A DNA stretch of 63,528 nt, the filler included, from Octopus bimaculoides (Eukaryota): NCBI RefSeq assembly GCF_001194135.2. It is 5 parts of 4 records of this genome, joined end to end, with 100 filler letters (N's around TTAATTAATTAA, not from the genome) between each part and the next. Parts side by side here need not be neighbours in the genome. Positions count along the whole stretch, not along the records: positions 1 to 16,199 come from NC_068985.1; 4 more parts are not named here. One strand, given 5' to 3'. Below are positions 1 through 13,471 of the stretch, in pieces. Within the stretch, counting starts at the first letter, position 1, and each line of letters begins with the position of its first letter. The notes beneath the pieces were generated by a model, which ran no database searches, had not been told where the DNA came from, and saw only the letters and a program-made list of their open reading frames with translations. The translations under genes and the position numbers were made by a program.

Positions 1-389
1 ATATATATATATATATATATATATATAAACACACACTTGTTACCAGTTTAAATATGTTTCAGGCTTATTCGAACCCGTAAGGAAGCCATTTTCTCTATTT
101 TGTCGTGGAGAAAATTTCTCACTATAGACAGATAGGTGTAAACACACCAAGTCAATTTGAAGTTCTCTCTAACCAAACTGATGGATGTATGCATTTCGGA
201 GTGGCTATCTCCTCTCAGCATCAGGTACTGGAAAGGCAGACACTACGACGATTATCAGTTGCTCTCCGAAAATACAGAGTAGAAGCACTACAGAGAGGTA
301 TTTGTGTGTGTGTATGTATGTGTGTGTGCGTGCGTGCGTGTATGTGCGTGTGCATATATGTATGTATGTATGTATGCATGTATGCGTGT

Positions 390-1910
390 AGAAGTAATCA
401 AAGTCTGGTTGGAAGACTATCCAGAAGAACTACCGGGCGCATCAACAAGAAGTTTATATTTGAAGCATTGAAATTTGTACCCCAGAACAATTACTTCTTG
501 TTTGATACCAATTACTACATAGAGGAATATGGAATTGCGATGGGGACACAACGCAACCCCAGTTGTTACAAACTTAGAAACAGGATATTTAGAATTGACT
601 ATACATCAAGAATCACTACAAAAATGTAGATATTCATTTTACCAATTCTTTTGGAATGAAAGTATTAATAAACTATTCGAATTTAAAACACTGTTCACTG
701 GTATAAATACCAACATTCAATTTACAATGGAATACGACAAAGAGAAACTTCTATTTCTTGATATTTTGATAATAAAAGAAAGAATCAATAACCAAATTGA
801 AACCGACATGTATTATAAAGCGACAGACTCGAAGCAATACCTGTTTAGCACATACTACCAGAAACACAATAAAATAAATAGTTTAACTTAGCGAAAAGTA
901 TTTGCACAATAGTCTCTGATAGAAATACCCGGGACCTACGACTGCATGAACTGAAAACCCTACTAGTCGAGAGACATTATTCACCTTCGCTAATATATGA
1001 TGGCATAAAACGTGCCAAGAGAATTGATATCCAAGCACTAACAGAGGTAAAACGAAATAGCACATTCGATTTGAAAATACTACTCTATATTTCTACCCGC
1101 AACCCCAGAAACAATGAGTTATATAATACTATTATTCAAAATTTACCTATGCTCACTAGGGAACCTAAGATGAACCACATTCTTCGCACACACAAAGGTA
1201 AAAATACTGACAGGTGCGAAATTATTCCAAACAACGGAACCAAGAGTTAAGAAATGCAGATGAACTAATTTTAGAACATGTCCCTACCTACTGGAAGGTT
1301 CGGAATTCCATTTAAAATAAAGGCAGCGATTCAAAATTAAGACTGAGTTTACCTGTACATCCGAAAACTTAATCTACGACATAACTCGTTTAGAATGTGT
1401 ACACAACTATATAGGGAAAACAAGAATGTCTCTCAAACGTAGAATAATACTGCATAAGGAACACATCCGTTTTCAAAGATGCAAACAAATACTACTAAGC
1501 AAACACGTAGAGAGATGAGTGGGTAATCTCCAGCAAAACTTCAAAATTTTCCCTGTTTACCAATGCAATGGAACAACTGTACAACAACGCTTAAATACAG
1601 AGACTATATTTATTGAAACATATCAACCGCACCAGAATATGAATATGCATCAAATTTGGGATTGCACAAATATTTTAGTTCATAAATATGTACCTCTTTA
1701 ATTTGCATATAATCAACTTATTTTTTAAAAAGCTAATTACCTACCCTGCTTCTAATGATAACATTCACTGATTACCTCCACTAGAATCTATTTACTTCCC
1801 GATTCATATAAAAGAATATCCTTCCTCCTTCTAACATAGAAACTGATTATGACAGCATGAAATTATAACTACTTAGTTATGATTACCCTAAGCGAAACTG
1901 GTCAACAATG
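390..1910 (+). mobile_element. Penelope-like retroelement fragment (RT C-terminus, thumb and GIY-YIG endonuclease), frameshifted
   Basis: Translated pieces: EVIKVWLEDYPEEL; FIFEALKFVPQNNYFLFDTNYYIEEYGIAMGT; NIQFTMEYDKEKLLFLDILI...TDMYYKATDSKQYL; and from about 1330 FKIKTEFTCTSENLIYDITRLECVHNYIGKTRMSLKRRIILHKEHI. These are typical PLE RT and GIY-YIG motifs, broken by stops and frameshifts. Confidence 0.9.
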
Positions 1911-1919
1911 CAAATGTTT

Positions 1920-1950
<31 letters not shown>

Positions 1951-2504
1951 NNNNNNNNNNNNNNNNNNNNNNNNNNNNNNNNNNNNNNNNNNNNNNNNNN
2001 NNNNNNNNNNNNNNNNNNNNNNNNNNNNNNNNNNNNNNNNNNNNNNNNNNNNNNNNNNNNNNNNNNNNNNNNNNNNNNNNNNNNNNNNNNNNNNNNNNNN
2101 NNNNNNNNNNNNNNNNNNNNNNNNNNNNNNNNNNNNNNNNNNNNNNNNNNNNNNNNNNNNNNNNNNNNNNNNNNNNNNNNNNNNNNNNNNNNNNNNNNNN
2201 NNNNNNNNNNNNNNNNNNNNNNNNNNNNNNNNNNNNNNNNNNNNNNNNNNNNNNNNNNNNNNNNNNNNNNNNTATATATATATATATATATATATATTCC
2301 AGCATAACATTTCTGTGCATTTTTCTTCTTTTTATATTTTTTACTACAATCCACCACGTGGAATTTTACCGCGAATTTTTTTACTATAGATAGATAGATA
2401 GATAGATAGATATGCATATGTATGTATGTGTATATGTGTTTGTACATATATATGTATATGTATGTATACACGCATACACATACACACACACGCACAAGCA
2501 CATA

Positions 2505-2668
2505 CATGACATGCTTCCTTCAGTTTCCATTCACTCACCAAACCTACTCGCAAAGCTTTAATCAGCCCAGGTTTATTATACAACACACTTGCCCAAAATG
2601 CCAGGTAGTGTGATTGAACCAAAGACCACATGGTTGAGAAACAAGCTTCTTAATCACATACCCACGCC
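2505..2668 (-). mobile_element. tRNA-headed SINE family B, 5' part, degenerate
   Basis: Similar to the copies at 12450-12695, 25040-25185 and 59632-59757 (cacttgcccaa...actgaacc...catggttg...aagcttctta). Confidence 0.7.
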
Positions 2669-3399
2669 TAAACTTTGGATATTCTTTTTTTCTTTCCTTT
2701 TATTAGATTAATAAACAGTAAAGTATGACCAAAATAAAAGAGGTTGGGATAACTTTGATGTAATAATGTATTAGGACTTTGCATTAAAAAGAATCTCTGT
2801 TGCCACAAACAGCTTGCCTGGAATTAATTGGAACAGACTAAAAAAACAAGTTTTTGTTTACTTGATTATTATATAAACCACTTTTTTCTTTTAGTCAAAT
2901 ATTTTTTTTGAAAATCACCTTACTACGACATCAAGTAAAGAAATATATGTGCAATAAATAATAAATATTTATGAAATTATTTAATTATTTGTATTTGTGT
3001 CAACTTACTCTTAGAGTAAACAAGTTGTTACTAAAAGAGATAGATGTAAGGTAAAATGGATTTTCGTTCAACGTTTGATGTAGAAAGCAAACATGTATGA
3101 GCTATATCACTTCAAATGTAACCTAACTTATTTAGTATTTCCACTATCCTACGCCATATTAAATGGCCTACATTCACGACGAACATATAGGAGGTTCTGT
3201 GTGGTTACTCTTCTGCTAGAAATAGCAGCTAAACCACCTTCAAATCATACGATATTGTTATGAAAGAGAGAATTACTCATTGGATAATATAATTTTAGAT
3301 ATACCATATCTGAAAAGAAGTCATGTCTTCACTGTCTTTATCAGGAGTGAACAACGACAAAACAAGAGCAATTTATTTTCGGGTCACTGACTCGCAAAA

Positions 3400-3700
3400 C
3401 TGATGGTGCACCGAACAAAATGTCTAATGGTATTTACTTTATTTTTACGTTCAAATCCCGCCAGAATTAGCTTTGCCTTTCGTGCCTCTGAATCGATAAA
3501 ATAGATACCAAATAAACTCTGGTGTCCAGTTATCGAGTGGGCCCTCCTCTAAAGTTTAAGCCTTTCTACTCCTATTAAAATAATGTCAGACAAAATGCCT
3601 GATGGTATTTGCTGTGGCTCTTTACAGTTCTGAATTCAAATCTTCACGATGTCAACTTTGCCTTACATCGAGTTGGGATTGATAAAATTATGAACCAGTC
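3400..3700 (+). mobile_element. Two degenerate copies of SINE family A
   Basis: Contain gttcaaatcccgcc...ctttgcctttc...tcgataaaat and ttctgaattcaaatc...gtcaactttgcctt, matching the family A core. Confidence 0.55.
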
Positions 3701-4001
3701 AAGTTAATCAACAAGCCACCTCTCCATAGAACTGCCTTAAGCTTTAATTAGAAATACAAGGGCAACAAATTGATGAAACGCATCCTAGCCTTTGCCGCCC
3801 TGACTTTTCAATGGTATTTAGGACTTCTTTATCTAACATGAGGGATATTTGGCAGCTACTTTTAGCAGGTTGATTAACTGTATAGAGATGTTGTTTTTGA
3901 TGAAGCTGCTATTATTCCTGTTGTTGCTGTCATCGTCGCCATTATTGTTGTCGTTGTTTTGTTCCTATTATATCATTGGTACAGGTAACCAACTATTAAA
4001 T

Positions 4002-4045
<44 letters not shown>

Positions 4046-4651
4046 TTCTATGTGTGACTAGTGCATAGCTGACATCCATTCCGCATAATGATTGTTAGCA
4101 GGCAGCCAGTTGTTATATTTGTCTGGGTATGTGTGGTTAGTTTATTTCAATGGCTGACATCAATTCAAATGTTCACTGTTGGAACATGTCTTAAAGTTAG
4201 TGAATCGCATCGATTCAAAATAACGCAACACGTTTTCTCTAATGAATACTTAGCCATTAATTATACATCTCTATCTTTCTCTCTCTCTCTCTCNNNNNNN
4301 NNNNNNNNNNNNNNNNNNNNNNNNNNNNNNNNNNNNNNNNNNNNNNNNNNNNNNNNNNNNNNNNNNNNNNNNNNNNNNNNNNNNNNNNNNNNNNNNNNNN
4401 NNNNNNNNNNNNNNNNNNNNNNNNNNNNNNNNNNNNNNNNNNNNNNNNNNNNNNNNNNNNNNNNNNNNNNNNNNNNNNNNNNNNNNNNNNNNNNNNNNNN
4501 NNNNNNNNNNNNNNNNNNNNNNNNNNNNNNNNNNNNNNNNNNNNNNNNNNNNNNNNNNNNNNNNNNNNNNNNNNNNNNNNNNNNNNNNNATGCTAACATA
4601 CACATACACATGCACACACACACACGCACACACACACATACATACATACAT

Positions 4652-4679
4652 TTATGCATAATAATAATAATAATAATAA

Positions 4680-4710
<31 letters not shown>

Positions 4711-4800
4711 AAGAAGAAGAAGAAGAAGAAGAAGAAGAAGAAGAAGAAGAAGAAGAAGAAGAAGAAGAAGAAGAAGAAGAATAGTAGTGATAATAATAAT
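4652..4800. repeat. Compound (AAT)n(AAG)n microsatellite
   Basis: Directly visible; it explains the poly-I/R and poly-S/Y ORFs. Confidence 0.95.
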
Positions 4801-4903
4801 GTAGCACAGGGGTGCTAACGAAGGAAGTTACAGCAAAATAGAAAAAACACATTCAACAGACGCCGACTAGCTCTATCCTTCATCAGTTGTCAACCAAATA
4901 TCA

Positions 4904-4975
4904 CTACAATTTCGACATCTTCTGACAATATGGTTCAATTTCAGTAACAAACGTTGCATAATCGGCAAACAAGTC
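4904..4975 (-). CDS. Candidate terminal coding exon DLFADYATFVTEIEPYCQKMSKL*
   Basis: Strong acceptor ttgtatcatactttcag|G, phase 0, 23 codons then TAG. Phase matches the exon at 9290-9350. AATAAA on the minus strand at 4141-4146. Confidence 0.5.
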   Translation of the reverse strand, partial: DLFADYATFVTEIEPYCQKMSKL

Positions 4976-5554
4976 CTGAAAGTATGATACAAATATAAAA
5001 ACAAGATGTGGTTTATAGCACGCATGGTAAATAAAGATAACATATGAACAGAATAGGAAATACATTATGTAACAAAATAAACAAATAGGCAAGGGCAGCA
5101 ACATAAAAAATAGAAAACGACAGTGATATTCATAAACATAGGATATTTTCGACTTAGCCACAAAAATAAGACGAGTTTATGCAAAGTAACGCTAATAGGA
5201 AAGGCAGTAGTCCTTTCGGACGTGAGGAAAATACGTTTATAAAAAAAGATAAGAAGAAGGATATTAGACAAACCAAAACCTGGAACTAGATTCAAAATCT
5301 TAGATAAATTAGGAGCGAGAGAATAAGTGACTAGCTAATAAAACAGTCAATTCAAAAAAGAGGAACAAGATGACGGTTTCAGTGTATCTCGTGGGAGGGG
5401 AGAGAAGGAAAGGGCACAGGTGAGTTGAGAGAAAGACAAAGGGTGAGAGAGGGAAAGAGCCGTTAAAGAGACAAAACAAAATAGGGAGGGGTGAGCAAAG
5501 AAAGGAATAGATCCAAAGTTAGAGATAAATAGAGGAGGGAGGATATCTGCATAC

Positions 5555-5611
<57 letters not shown>

Positions 5612-5619
5612 AAGATAGG

Positions 5620-5698
<79 letters not shown>
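5555..5698. repeat. (GATA)n microsatellite
   Basis: Directly visible; source of the LSIY-repeat ORFs. Confidence 0.97.
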
Positions 5699-5726
5699 CT
5701 GCGGGACAATCAAAGTTTTGCGATAG

Positions 5727-5822
5727 GATTTGGTAGACGGAAACTGAAAGCCCGTTGTGCATGTGTGGGCGGGGTGTCTTTGTGTCTGTGAGTATGTCTT
5801 AGTGCCTGTGTTTGTCCCCCAC
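5727..5822 (+). mobile_element. SINE family B internal fragment
   Basis: gatttggtagacggaaactgaaagcccg...tgtgtttgtcccc is the reverse complement of the family B core at 12500-12580. Confidence 0.65.
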
Positions 5823-5934
5823 TACCTCTTACATCTCAATAAAACGTTTTATGCACATAAATGTTTCAGAATATTTATTCGAAATTTCGCCACATTTATC
5901 GTACAGGATTATTCAAATAGTATACATTCTTTTC

Positions 5935-6115
5935 TACTCGAGGTACAAGGCCCAAAATTTGGTGGGAGGGGGTCAGTTGATTAGATCGATCCCCAGTATG
6001 CAACTGGTACTTAATATATCGACCCCGAAGGATAAAAGGCAAAGTCGACCTCGATAGAATTTGAACTCAACCGTAAAGACAGATAAAATACCGCTTAGCA
6101 TTTCGCCCGGGGTGT
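5935..6115 (-). mobile_element. SINE family A
   Basis: aaggcaaagtcgacctcg...atttgaactca...taccgcttagcatttcgcccgg is the reverse complement of the family A head and core (B-box-like GAGTTCAAAT). Confidence 0.85.
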
Positions 6116-6331
6116 ACGTCACCATTTTTTATTGACTTTTTTGTGGCGGGAGGAGCTTTTTCAATGGTGTAATCTTTCATGCATATTGATATTAAGAAGA
6201 GGAAAACTTATGAGTCGTTATAAAGTAGTAGCTTCTCTTTTGTGTGACATGAGTTTATGTGTAATAAAGAACATATTCTTTTGTTTTTTTAAGAATATAC
6301 CTTTACGCGAAATTGTATCGTGGGTATTGTA

Positions 6332-6510
6332 GATGTTTTCGATCTAGTTTGGATTCTTTGCCATCAGATTTGAATTTTTTGCAATCAAATTTGAATTCTT
6401 TGCAATCAAATGTGAATTCTTTGCAATCAAATTTGATGGCAAAGAATTCAAATTTGATGGCAAAGAATTCAAACTTGATGGCAAAGAATCCAAACTAGAT
6501 CGAAATCATC
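6332..6510. mobile_element. Foldback MITE-like element made of 21-bp units, flanked by TA
   Basis: Termini GATGTTTTCGATCTAGTTTGGATTCTTTGCCATC / GATGGCAAAGAATCCAAACTAGATCGAAATCATC are inverted. Four 21-bp units face three inverted units. TA at 6330-6331 and 6511-6512. Confidence 0.8.
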
Positions 6511-6659
6511 TATATAACTTCTCAACGAAAGTCAAAATTCGTAAAGGCTAGAAAATTCAAACAGGAAGGGTCAAAATTCGAAATGATAGTACTTAGAATA
6601 TAAAATACAGTAAATACAATTAAGCAAACAAGATATATATGCGCGCGCATGTATGTGTG

Positions 6660-6660
<1 letters not shown>

Positions 6661-6726
<66 letters not shown>
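6661..6726. repeat. (GATA)n microsatellite
   Basis: Directly visible. Confidence 0.97.
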
Positions 6727-6727
<1 letters not shown>

Positions 6728-8056
6728 CAGTCAAAGCAAGTCAAAACTAAATTTTAAATTAAAGTAATGTTTTATGGTGTGTTAGTCATAATAGTTAAAC
6801 AGTTTTATGAATGGAGGAACAGAATTAGTGATCTAGTCAGGAGGGTTTTTAGAAGGCCAGAACCTACAAAAATTTGGAGAAATGTCTGCAAGATCCAAAA
6901 TACTGAATGGGTGTTCTGGTAATATTTAGAGGCTTTTGCAGACCGCAATAATGTAATCTTCTCGGCAAAACGTAATGAGCATCTTTTTGTTCAGCTGATA
7001 CATAACCTGCTTTTCTCTTGAATTTTTCATTTACTAGTGTATTCCTTGGGGTTCTCTTTAAGTCCCTAATCGCTTTGTCGAAATACAATTTAACCAAAAC
7101 GTTATTTTGCTTTTTAGAGGTAACTAGGGTAAATTTAGCTGACATGTAATCAAAGGCTTTCCAGCTGTGGGAAACCCATCTTGTCTATAGAAATAATGTA
7201 TTTATTTATTCAATCGAGATAAATTACAAGATTAGTAGAAGTCTTGTTGTGAGACATGAAAGCGATGACATCATCCGCTCCTATTTCTGAAAACATCAGT
7301 AAGATACGAGCTTTTAAGCAGTGACTTAACCTTCTAAAATCGAATGCAATGCTCACACTAACCCTTCAAAAAATTAATGATATGTTGACTAAATGGATAC
7401 AAGCAATAAGATGCGCTTTATGTTTATCCGAGAAACTCTAGATTATAACACAACCACAAGAAATAGATCAGAGATTTCGCCTATTTGCTGTCAAATTCGA
7501 AATCTTAGCCGGTTAATTTTCAAATTCAAACACAGTAACCATCCTTGCCATAAGACATTCTTTCTTCTATAGAAGTAATCACTTATTAAATCACAAGAGG
7601 AGTCCCTAGTACCACGGGGCCCATTAGTGGCGAACATTGTAAGCACGCAGTCATAACTACCCCCACACACTACTCTGAATGTGAGATGGGACGGCTACGG
7701 TTAGGACACATTTACTCATAGGTCTGTTAGTAATAACAACTTAAAGTTATGTTTATACACTTTTGATTGATTGATTTCTTCTTGAATGTCTTCAGTCTAA
7801 GAGAGTTAAGTCATAGACAATTGTTTTACTGATAAGAAATAGTCAAAATAGCCTGAAAACAATTCCATTTTAAACTAGTTCTGTATTCAAACCTAGACAC
7901 ATCCATCAAATTGTTTCCATTGCGTTGATCATTCTTCCAGCAATATTGATTTCTGATATAGGTACGATGCAACACATTTTGAAGGGAGAGAACTGTCTTT
8001 TATGTCTATGCTGGTACTTGTTTGAAAGGACTGTGAATGCGTACATGTTTGTCTGT

Positions 8057-8124
<68 letters not shown>

Positions 8125-9028
8125 NNNNNNNNNNNNNNNNNNNNNNNNNNNNNNNNNNNNNNNNNNNNNNNNNNNNNNNNNNNNNNNNNNNNNNNNNNNN
8201 NNNNNNNNNNNNNNNNNNNNNNNNNNNNNNNNNNNNNNNNNNNNNNNNNNNNNNNNNNNNNNNNNNNNNNNNNNNNNNNNNNNNNNNNNNNNNNNNNNNN
8301 NNNNNNNNNNNNNNNNNNNNNNNNNNNNNNNNNNNNNNNNNNNNNNNNNNNNNNNNNNNNNNNNNNNNNNNNNNNNNNNNNNNNNNNNNNNNNNNNNNNN
8401 NNNNNNNNNNNNNNNNNNNNNNNNNNNNNNNNNNNNNNNNNNNNNNNNNNNNNNNNNNNNNNNNNNNNNNNNNNNNNNNNNNNNNNNNNNNNNNNNNNNN
8501 NNNNNNNNNNNNNNNNNNNNNNNNNNNNNNNNNNNNNNNNNNNNNNNNNNNNNNNNNNNNNNNNNNNNNNNNNNNNNNNNNNNNNNNNNNNNNNNNNNNN
8601 NNNNNNNNNNNNNNNNNNNNNNNNNNNNNNNNNNNNNNNNNNNNNNNNNNNNNNNNNNNNNNNNNNNNNNNNNNNNNNNNNNNNNNNNNNNNNNNNNNNN
8701 NNNNNNNNNNNNNNNNNNNNNNNNNNNNNNNNNNNNNNNNNNNNNNNNNNNNNNNNNNNNNNNNNNNNNNNNNNNNNNNNNNNNNNNNNNNNNNNNNNNN
8801 NNNNNNNNNNNNNNNNNNNNNNNNNNNNNNNNNNNNNNNNNNNNNNNNNNNNNNNNNNNNNNNNNNNNNNNNNNNNNNNNNNNNNNNNNNNNNNNNNNNN
8901 NNNNNNNNNNNNNNNNNNNNNNNNNNNNNNNNNNNNNNNNNNNNNNNNNNNNNNNNNNNNNNNNNNNNNNNNNNNNNNNNNNNNNNNNNNNNNNNNNNNN
9001 NNNNNNNNNNNNNNNNNNNNNNNNNNNN

Positions 9029-9082
<54 letters not shown>

Positions 9083-9289
9083 TGCGTCTGTGTGTGTGTG
9101 TCTGTCTGTCTGCCTGTCTGTCTGTCAGTGTCCATGCATGCATGCTTACATACATAATGCATATATATATGCATACATACATACATACATTTACACGTAC
9201 ATATATGTAGTTATATACGTAAATACATATGCATACATACATAGTCTGCTAATCCACTCCCCAAAACAGATTTTCAGCTTCTTACTCAC

Positions 9290-9350
9290 CTGCCTGGTTG
9301 AATTTGTATTCGTAGCTTCATAAATCATACGTTTCAGATAATCACCAGGT
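9290..9350 (-). CDS. Candidate internal coding exon (R)PGDYLKRMIYEATNTNSTRQ
   Basis: Consensus donor CAG|GTGAGT and acceptor ggtttctctcctggctaaaag|A. Phase 2 to 0, compatible with 39186 upstream and 4975 downstream. An alternative weaker acceptor lies at 9376. Confidence 0.5.
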
Positions 9351-9544
9351 CTTTTAGCCAGGAGAGAAACCAATGCCTATAATCCTTTATAGAACCCCCG
9401 AGATTGGCTGGATGGAAGGAGGAAGATAGCCTTGAACTGGAAATCTGGCTCGAATACTTGTAACAGAGTGGAGTCTGCGAAAAAGCATCCATGTTATCAA
9501 GTGGTGATGTTAAACCGGTCGACGTTCTTCTAGTTCTGTCAATC

Positions 9545-9700
9545 TATCACGTTGGATTGGTACTTTTTTCTTATGAGCCCCATAAGGATGAAAGATAAAG
9601 TTGATGGCAGTGGGATTTGAACTCCCAGAGCAGAAAGTCAGAACAAGTATTACGAAGCATTTTGTCCGACGCTCAAACGACTCTACCGATTCGTCACCTC
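9545..9700 (-). mobile_element. SINE family A, degenerate
   Basis: aaggatgaaagataaagttga...gggatttgaactc...aagcattttgtccgacgct. Confidence 0.7.
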
Positions 9701-10139
9701 TAGTAAACTAAAACGCCAACAGAGAAGAGAAAAGCAGATAGACATCGTACTTCACATATGTGTATTTTCTTTTCTCTCTTTTTTTCTTTAGAAATTTGTC
9801 TTATAAACTCCTTTTGCTCATAATATCAATACGCGTACATATTATCATTTTCCTAATTTTTAGACGTATATCCCCAGAATTTCAATTGAAAAATCTATTT
9901 ATATTTAAAAGTTACAAGTCACACCTTTGCAATGCATTTCTAGGGAGACTATCAACGAGATTGTTGCCGGGCACAAGTGAACAAGTCTATTTTAGATGCT
10001 CAAATTGGGTACTGTAGTCACCAGATGTAAGCGGGCAAAACTATTTTAGCTGATGTAACCTGTAATAATGTATTCTTATATATTGTTTATTCTATTCTAA
10101 TGATTGTCTATTTTATTTTAATATTCTGTCTTTTACTTG

Positions 10140-10585
<446 letters not shown>

Positions 10586-10789
10586 TACGCTTATTCCCAT
10601 CCAATATTTGGAAACTACACTAGTTTATCAGTAAGCACCATGCCCTGAATCATTTTCTCGCAGCCAGCTTCTAAATTTCATTTCTTGTCACTCACTGTAT
10701 TTTTTTTTTTTAATAATGAAAAAGGAAAACAAGGAATAAAAATAGAAGTGACTATCATATCCAATATGTCATAATCTACCTTTTTCTGA

Positions 10790-11345
10790 ATTCGCTAAAA
10801 TACAAGGCAAAAGAATGCCCGAAGATTGTGAAAATAAAATATTGGAGTTAGGGTTAAGGTCACAAATTTATCATAAAAACGAGAAAGCAGGAAGATTTTG
10901 AAATGACACAAATTAGAAACATGAATAAAATACCTATTACTGTTGATGTCCCTACATAAAAACCTAACGGCACCAAAACTATAAAAATCAAAACAACTAG
11001 ACAGTGCAGAAGCTATTATACCATCAGCCTAGCGTTTACAACTGCTTGTAAAAAGTTTCCTTATCCTCATGAAAAATAATTTTTTTCAAAGGAAAAAAAG
11101 TAATTATTGTTGTTAATGCTCATCATAAAGGTTGGATGGATGAAGAAAGACTGAAAATTTAGGTGGAGAAAATGTAGGGAAGACGTCCATGTATATAACT
11201 TACTAGCTATATATCAGAGCTCTTACCTCCATTTCAGTGCAAATACTTTTTAATTATGAAATCAAAGTTGCTGTGATTTGCTGTGATGAAGTCTTCAAAA
11301 AACCAAGATTTCGTACATCAATAGTTTAAAAAGTTCGTTGAGTGC
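10790..11345 (+). mobile_element. pogo-family DDE transposase remnant
   Basis: Translated pieces QIRNMNKIPITVDVP (cf. IGNMDETP.FD.P), GTKTIKIKTT and VNAHHKGWMDEERLKI*VEKM*GRRP (cf. KGWMDE...W.RRP); many stops. Confidence 0.75.
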
Positions 11346-11374
11346 AATAATTGGCAGGATGCAAAGAGCAGAAA

Positions 11375-11570
11375 GAAATATTGGTTTCAAATTTGGGCAC
11401 AAGGCCAGCAATTTACGATTCCAACTTTCATCTGGTACTTAGTTTATCGACCCCCGAAAGGATGAAAGGCAAAGTCGACCCCAGCGGGATTTGAACTTAT
11501 AACGTAATGACGGACGAAATGCTTAGCAGCATTTCGTCCGGTGTGTTGACGATTCTGCCAGCTCACTGCC
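11375..11570 (-). mobile_element. SINE family A
   Basis: ggatgaaaggcaaagtcgacc...gggatttgaact...gacgattctgccagctcac. Confidence 0.9.
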
Positions 11571-12449
11571 TCAGTGCCGAAAGAAATATTACAGCACATT
11601 TTATCCAACACTATATCGATCCACGTATCTACCAACTTGTACATCCACCCATCCTATCTCAAAACAAAAATAATCTAATATTCTATTATGTTCACATCTT
11701 TAATAAATTATTTATGTTTGTAATCTAAGATATCTTAAATGATTAATTCAACTAATCAATAGCAAGGAATATTAAATCAGTATTTACTAGCTTTCACAAA
11801 GACTTAATTCTGTAAGTGAAATATTAATGCTCATCCTTGAATTAAAACCGGCTCGTTGTAATCCGACCTATAGAATTTTAACTTCAATTTTTCAGCTTAC
11901 AAGTTTTCAATTTGTTGCTGTTATGCCAAGAGTAACCTCCCTTATATTTTTTAATGACAGCCAGCTAATTTTTACTGTACGAGTTAGGTATCACACATTC
12001 GAAGTTTTTTCGATAAATGTTGTTGTACCACATTTCAAAAATGTAATGAATATTTAATTGAAACATAAGACATCTTAAAACTATAGCTAACTAGTAATGT
12101 TTTTATAATGAATTAGTACACAAAATTTTCAGAGAAGAAAACATTCTTTAAAAAAAAAATATTAGAATTGTGTCCCTTTAAGACCTAGAATTATCGCCCT
12201 TCGTGGAACGTCTTTCTATGTTAAACTGTCGTATGTCCAAATTTGGCCAAATGCGTTTCATTCAATATTTATTTTTGTTTGCAATATCCTGTTCCTTTGA
12301 TCAAACTACCGTATCTCCAGCTGCTTCAGATGCCAAGATATCGAAATTTATCAAAGTGTAGTACAACGGTTTGGCTATGGAATGGTGAAACTATTTTTCT
12401 GTTTTCTGGAAAAGAAACAACATTTTGGACTTACGACACTTTTGCATAA

Positions 12450-12695
12450 TAGCCGGTACTTATTCTATCGATCACTTTGCCGGTTGTCAGGCGGTGTGGG
12501 GACAAACACAGACACAAAGGCACACACACACACACACACGGTAGGCGTCTTTCAGTTTCTGTCTACCAAATCCACTCACAAGGCTTTGGTCGACCCGAGA
12601 CTATAATAGAAGACGCTTGCCCAAGGTGTCACGCAGTGGGACTGAACCTAGAACCATGTGGTTGGGAAGCAAACTTCTTACCACACAGCCCGCTT
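12450..12695 (-). mobile_element. SINE family B
   Basis: ctaccaaatccactcacaaggctttggtc...cagtgggactgaacc...ttcttaccacacagc. The reverse strand has A-box-like TGTGTGG and B-box-like GGTTCAGTCC. Confidence 0.9.
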
Positions 12696-13249
12696 GCACA
12701 TATTTTTTATTAGAAATTTACAAAAGTTAAAGTAACGAACTCGCAGAATCGTTAGCGGTGTTTCTACTGGGTTTTTTTACGTTCTGAGTTCAAATACTTT
12801 CATCCATTCAAAGTCAATAAAATAAATACCAGTTGAACAGGAGGACATCCAGTTTTGTTTTGTTGAAGACGCCTACATTCACCTATGTACGTCTCTCAGA
12901 CTTTTTGAGAGGATATTGAAGAACTCTTGGCCCTTGAAACCCAAGCTGTTGCAGTATCTAGTCTTGCAATATTAAGAACCAAATAATGATTTCTAACACT
13001 AAAAATTATTAATTCTAACATACGCACAAGGTCAGTGATTTTTAGGGTTGGGGGTTAATCGATTATATCGATCTCGATACAAGACTGATACTGTCATTAT
13101 TCGAATACCAGAGAGAGGGGAAATGGAGTTTCCTTCAGTAGTATTTAAACTCAAATGTAAAAAACCGTGGAAAAAAATTACTGAGGGGCTTTATCCAACG
13201 TTCAAATGAGTCTACAAAACTCGTTCCATTCTGACACTAATAAACCTTT

Positions 13250-13420
13250 CTACTACGGAGACAAGTAATCAGATTTTGGAGGAGGGTACTAGTTGATTGC
13301 ATCGACACCAGTGTCCGAAAGTATAAAAAGTAAAGTCAACCTCGGAGGAATTCGAACTCAGAGCGAAATGCCGCTAAACATTTTGTTCGGCCAGTTAACG
13401 ATGCAGACAGCTTGCCACCT
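13250..13420 (-). mobile_element. SINE family A, degenerate
   Basis: aaagtcaacctcggaggaattcgaactcagagcgaaatgccgctaa...cagcttgccacct; head-to-head with the copy at 13472. Confidence 0.7.
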
Positions 13421-13471
13421 GCGTTCTGAGACTAGTAATAATGATTATTATTATTGTTATTATGGAGTTTT

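Noticed and set aside
1871-1910. Hammerhead at the end of the first Penelope fragment (CGAAACTGGTC)
   Set aside because: The CUGANGA half and stem II are not recognisable; at most a decayed remnant.
4870-4925. CTGATGA and GAAA on the minus strand as a hammerhead
   Set aside because: The motifs are in the wrong order with no stem II, and the region is better explained as a terminal exon plus 3' UTR.
5347-5762. LSIY-, YVCM-, HT- and poly-I/M/V repeat ORFs throughout
   Set aside because: Translations of GATA, TATG, CA and trinucleotide microsatellites.
6353-6499. CRISPR-like array
   Set aside because: The units are contiguous with no spacers and are mirrored, and the context is eukaryotic with no cas genes.
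7906-9323. The longest ORFs of the track (300-440 aa) here and at 13949-15086, 25519-27733 and 60261-60983
   Set aside because: They are open only because of N runs and dinucleotide repeats.
10846-10860. TTAGGG telomeric seed
   Set aside because: Fewer than two perfect units.
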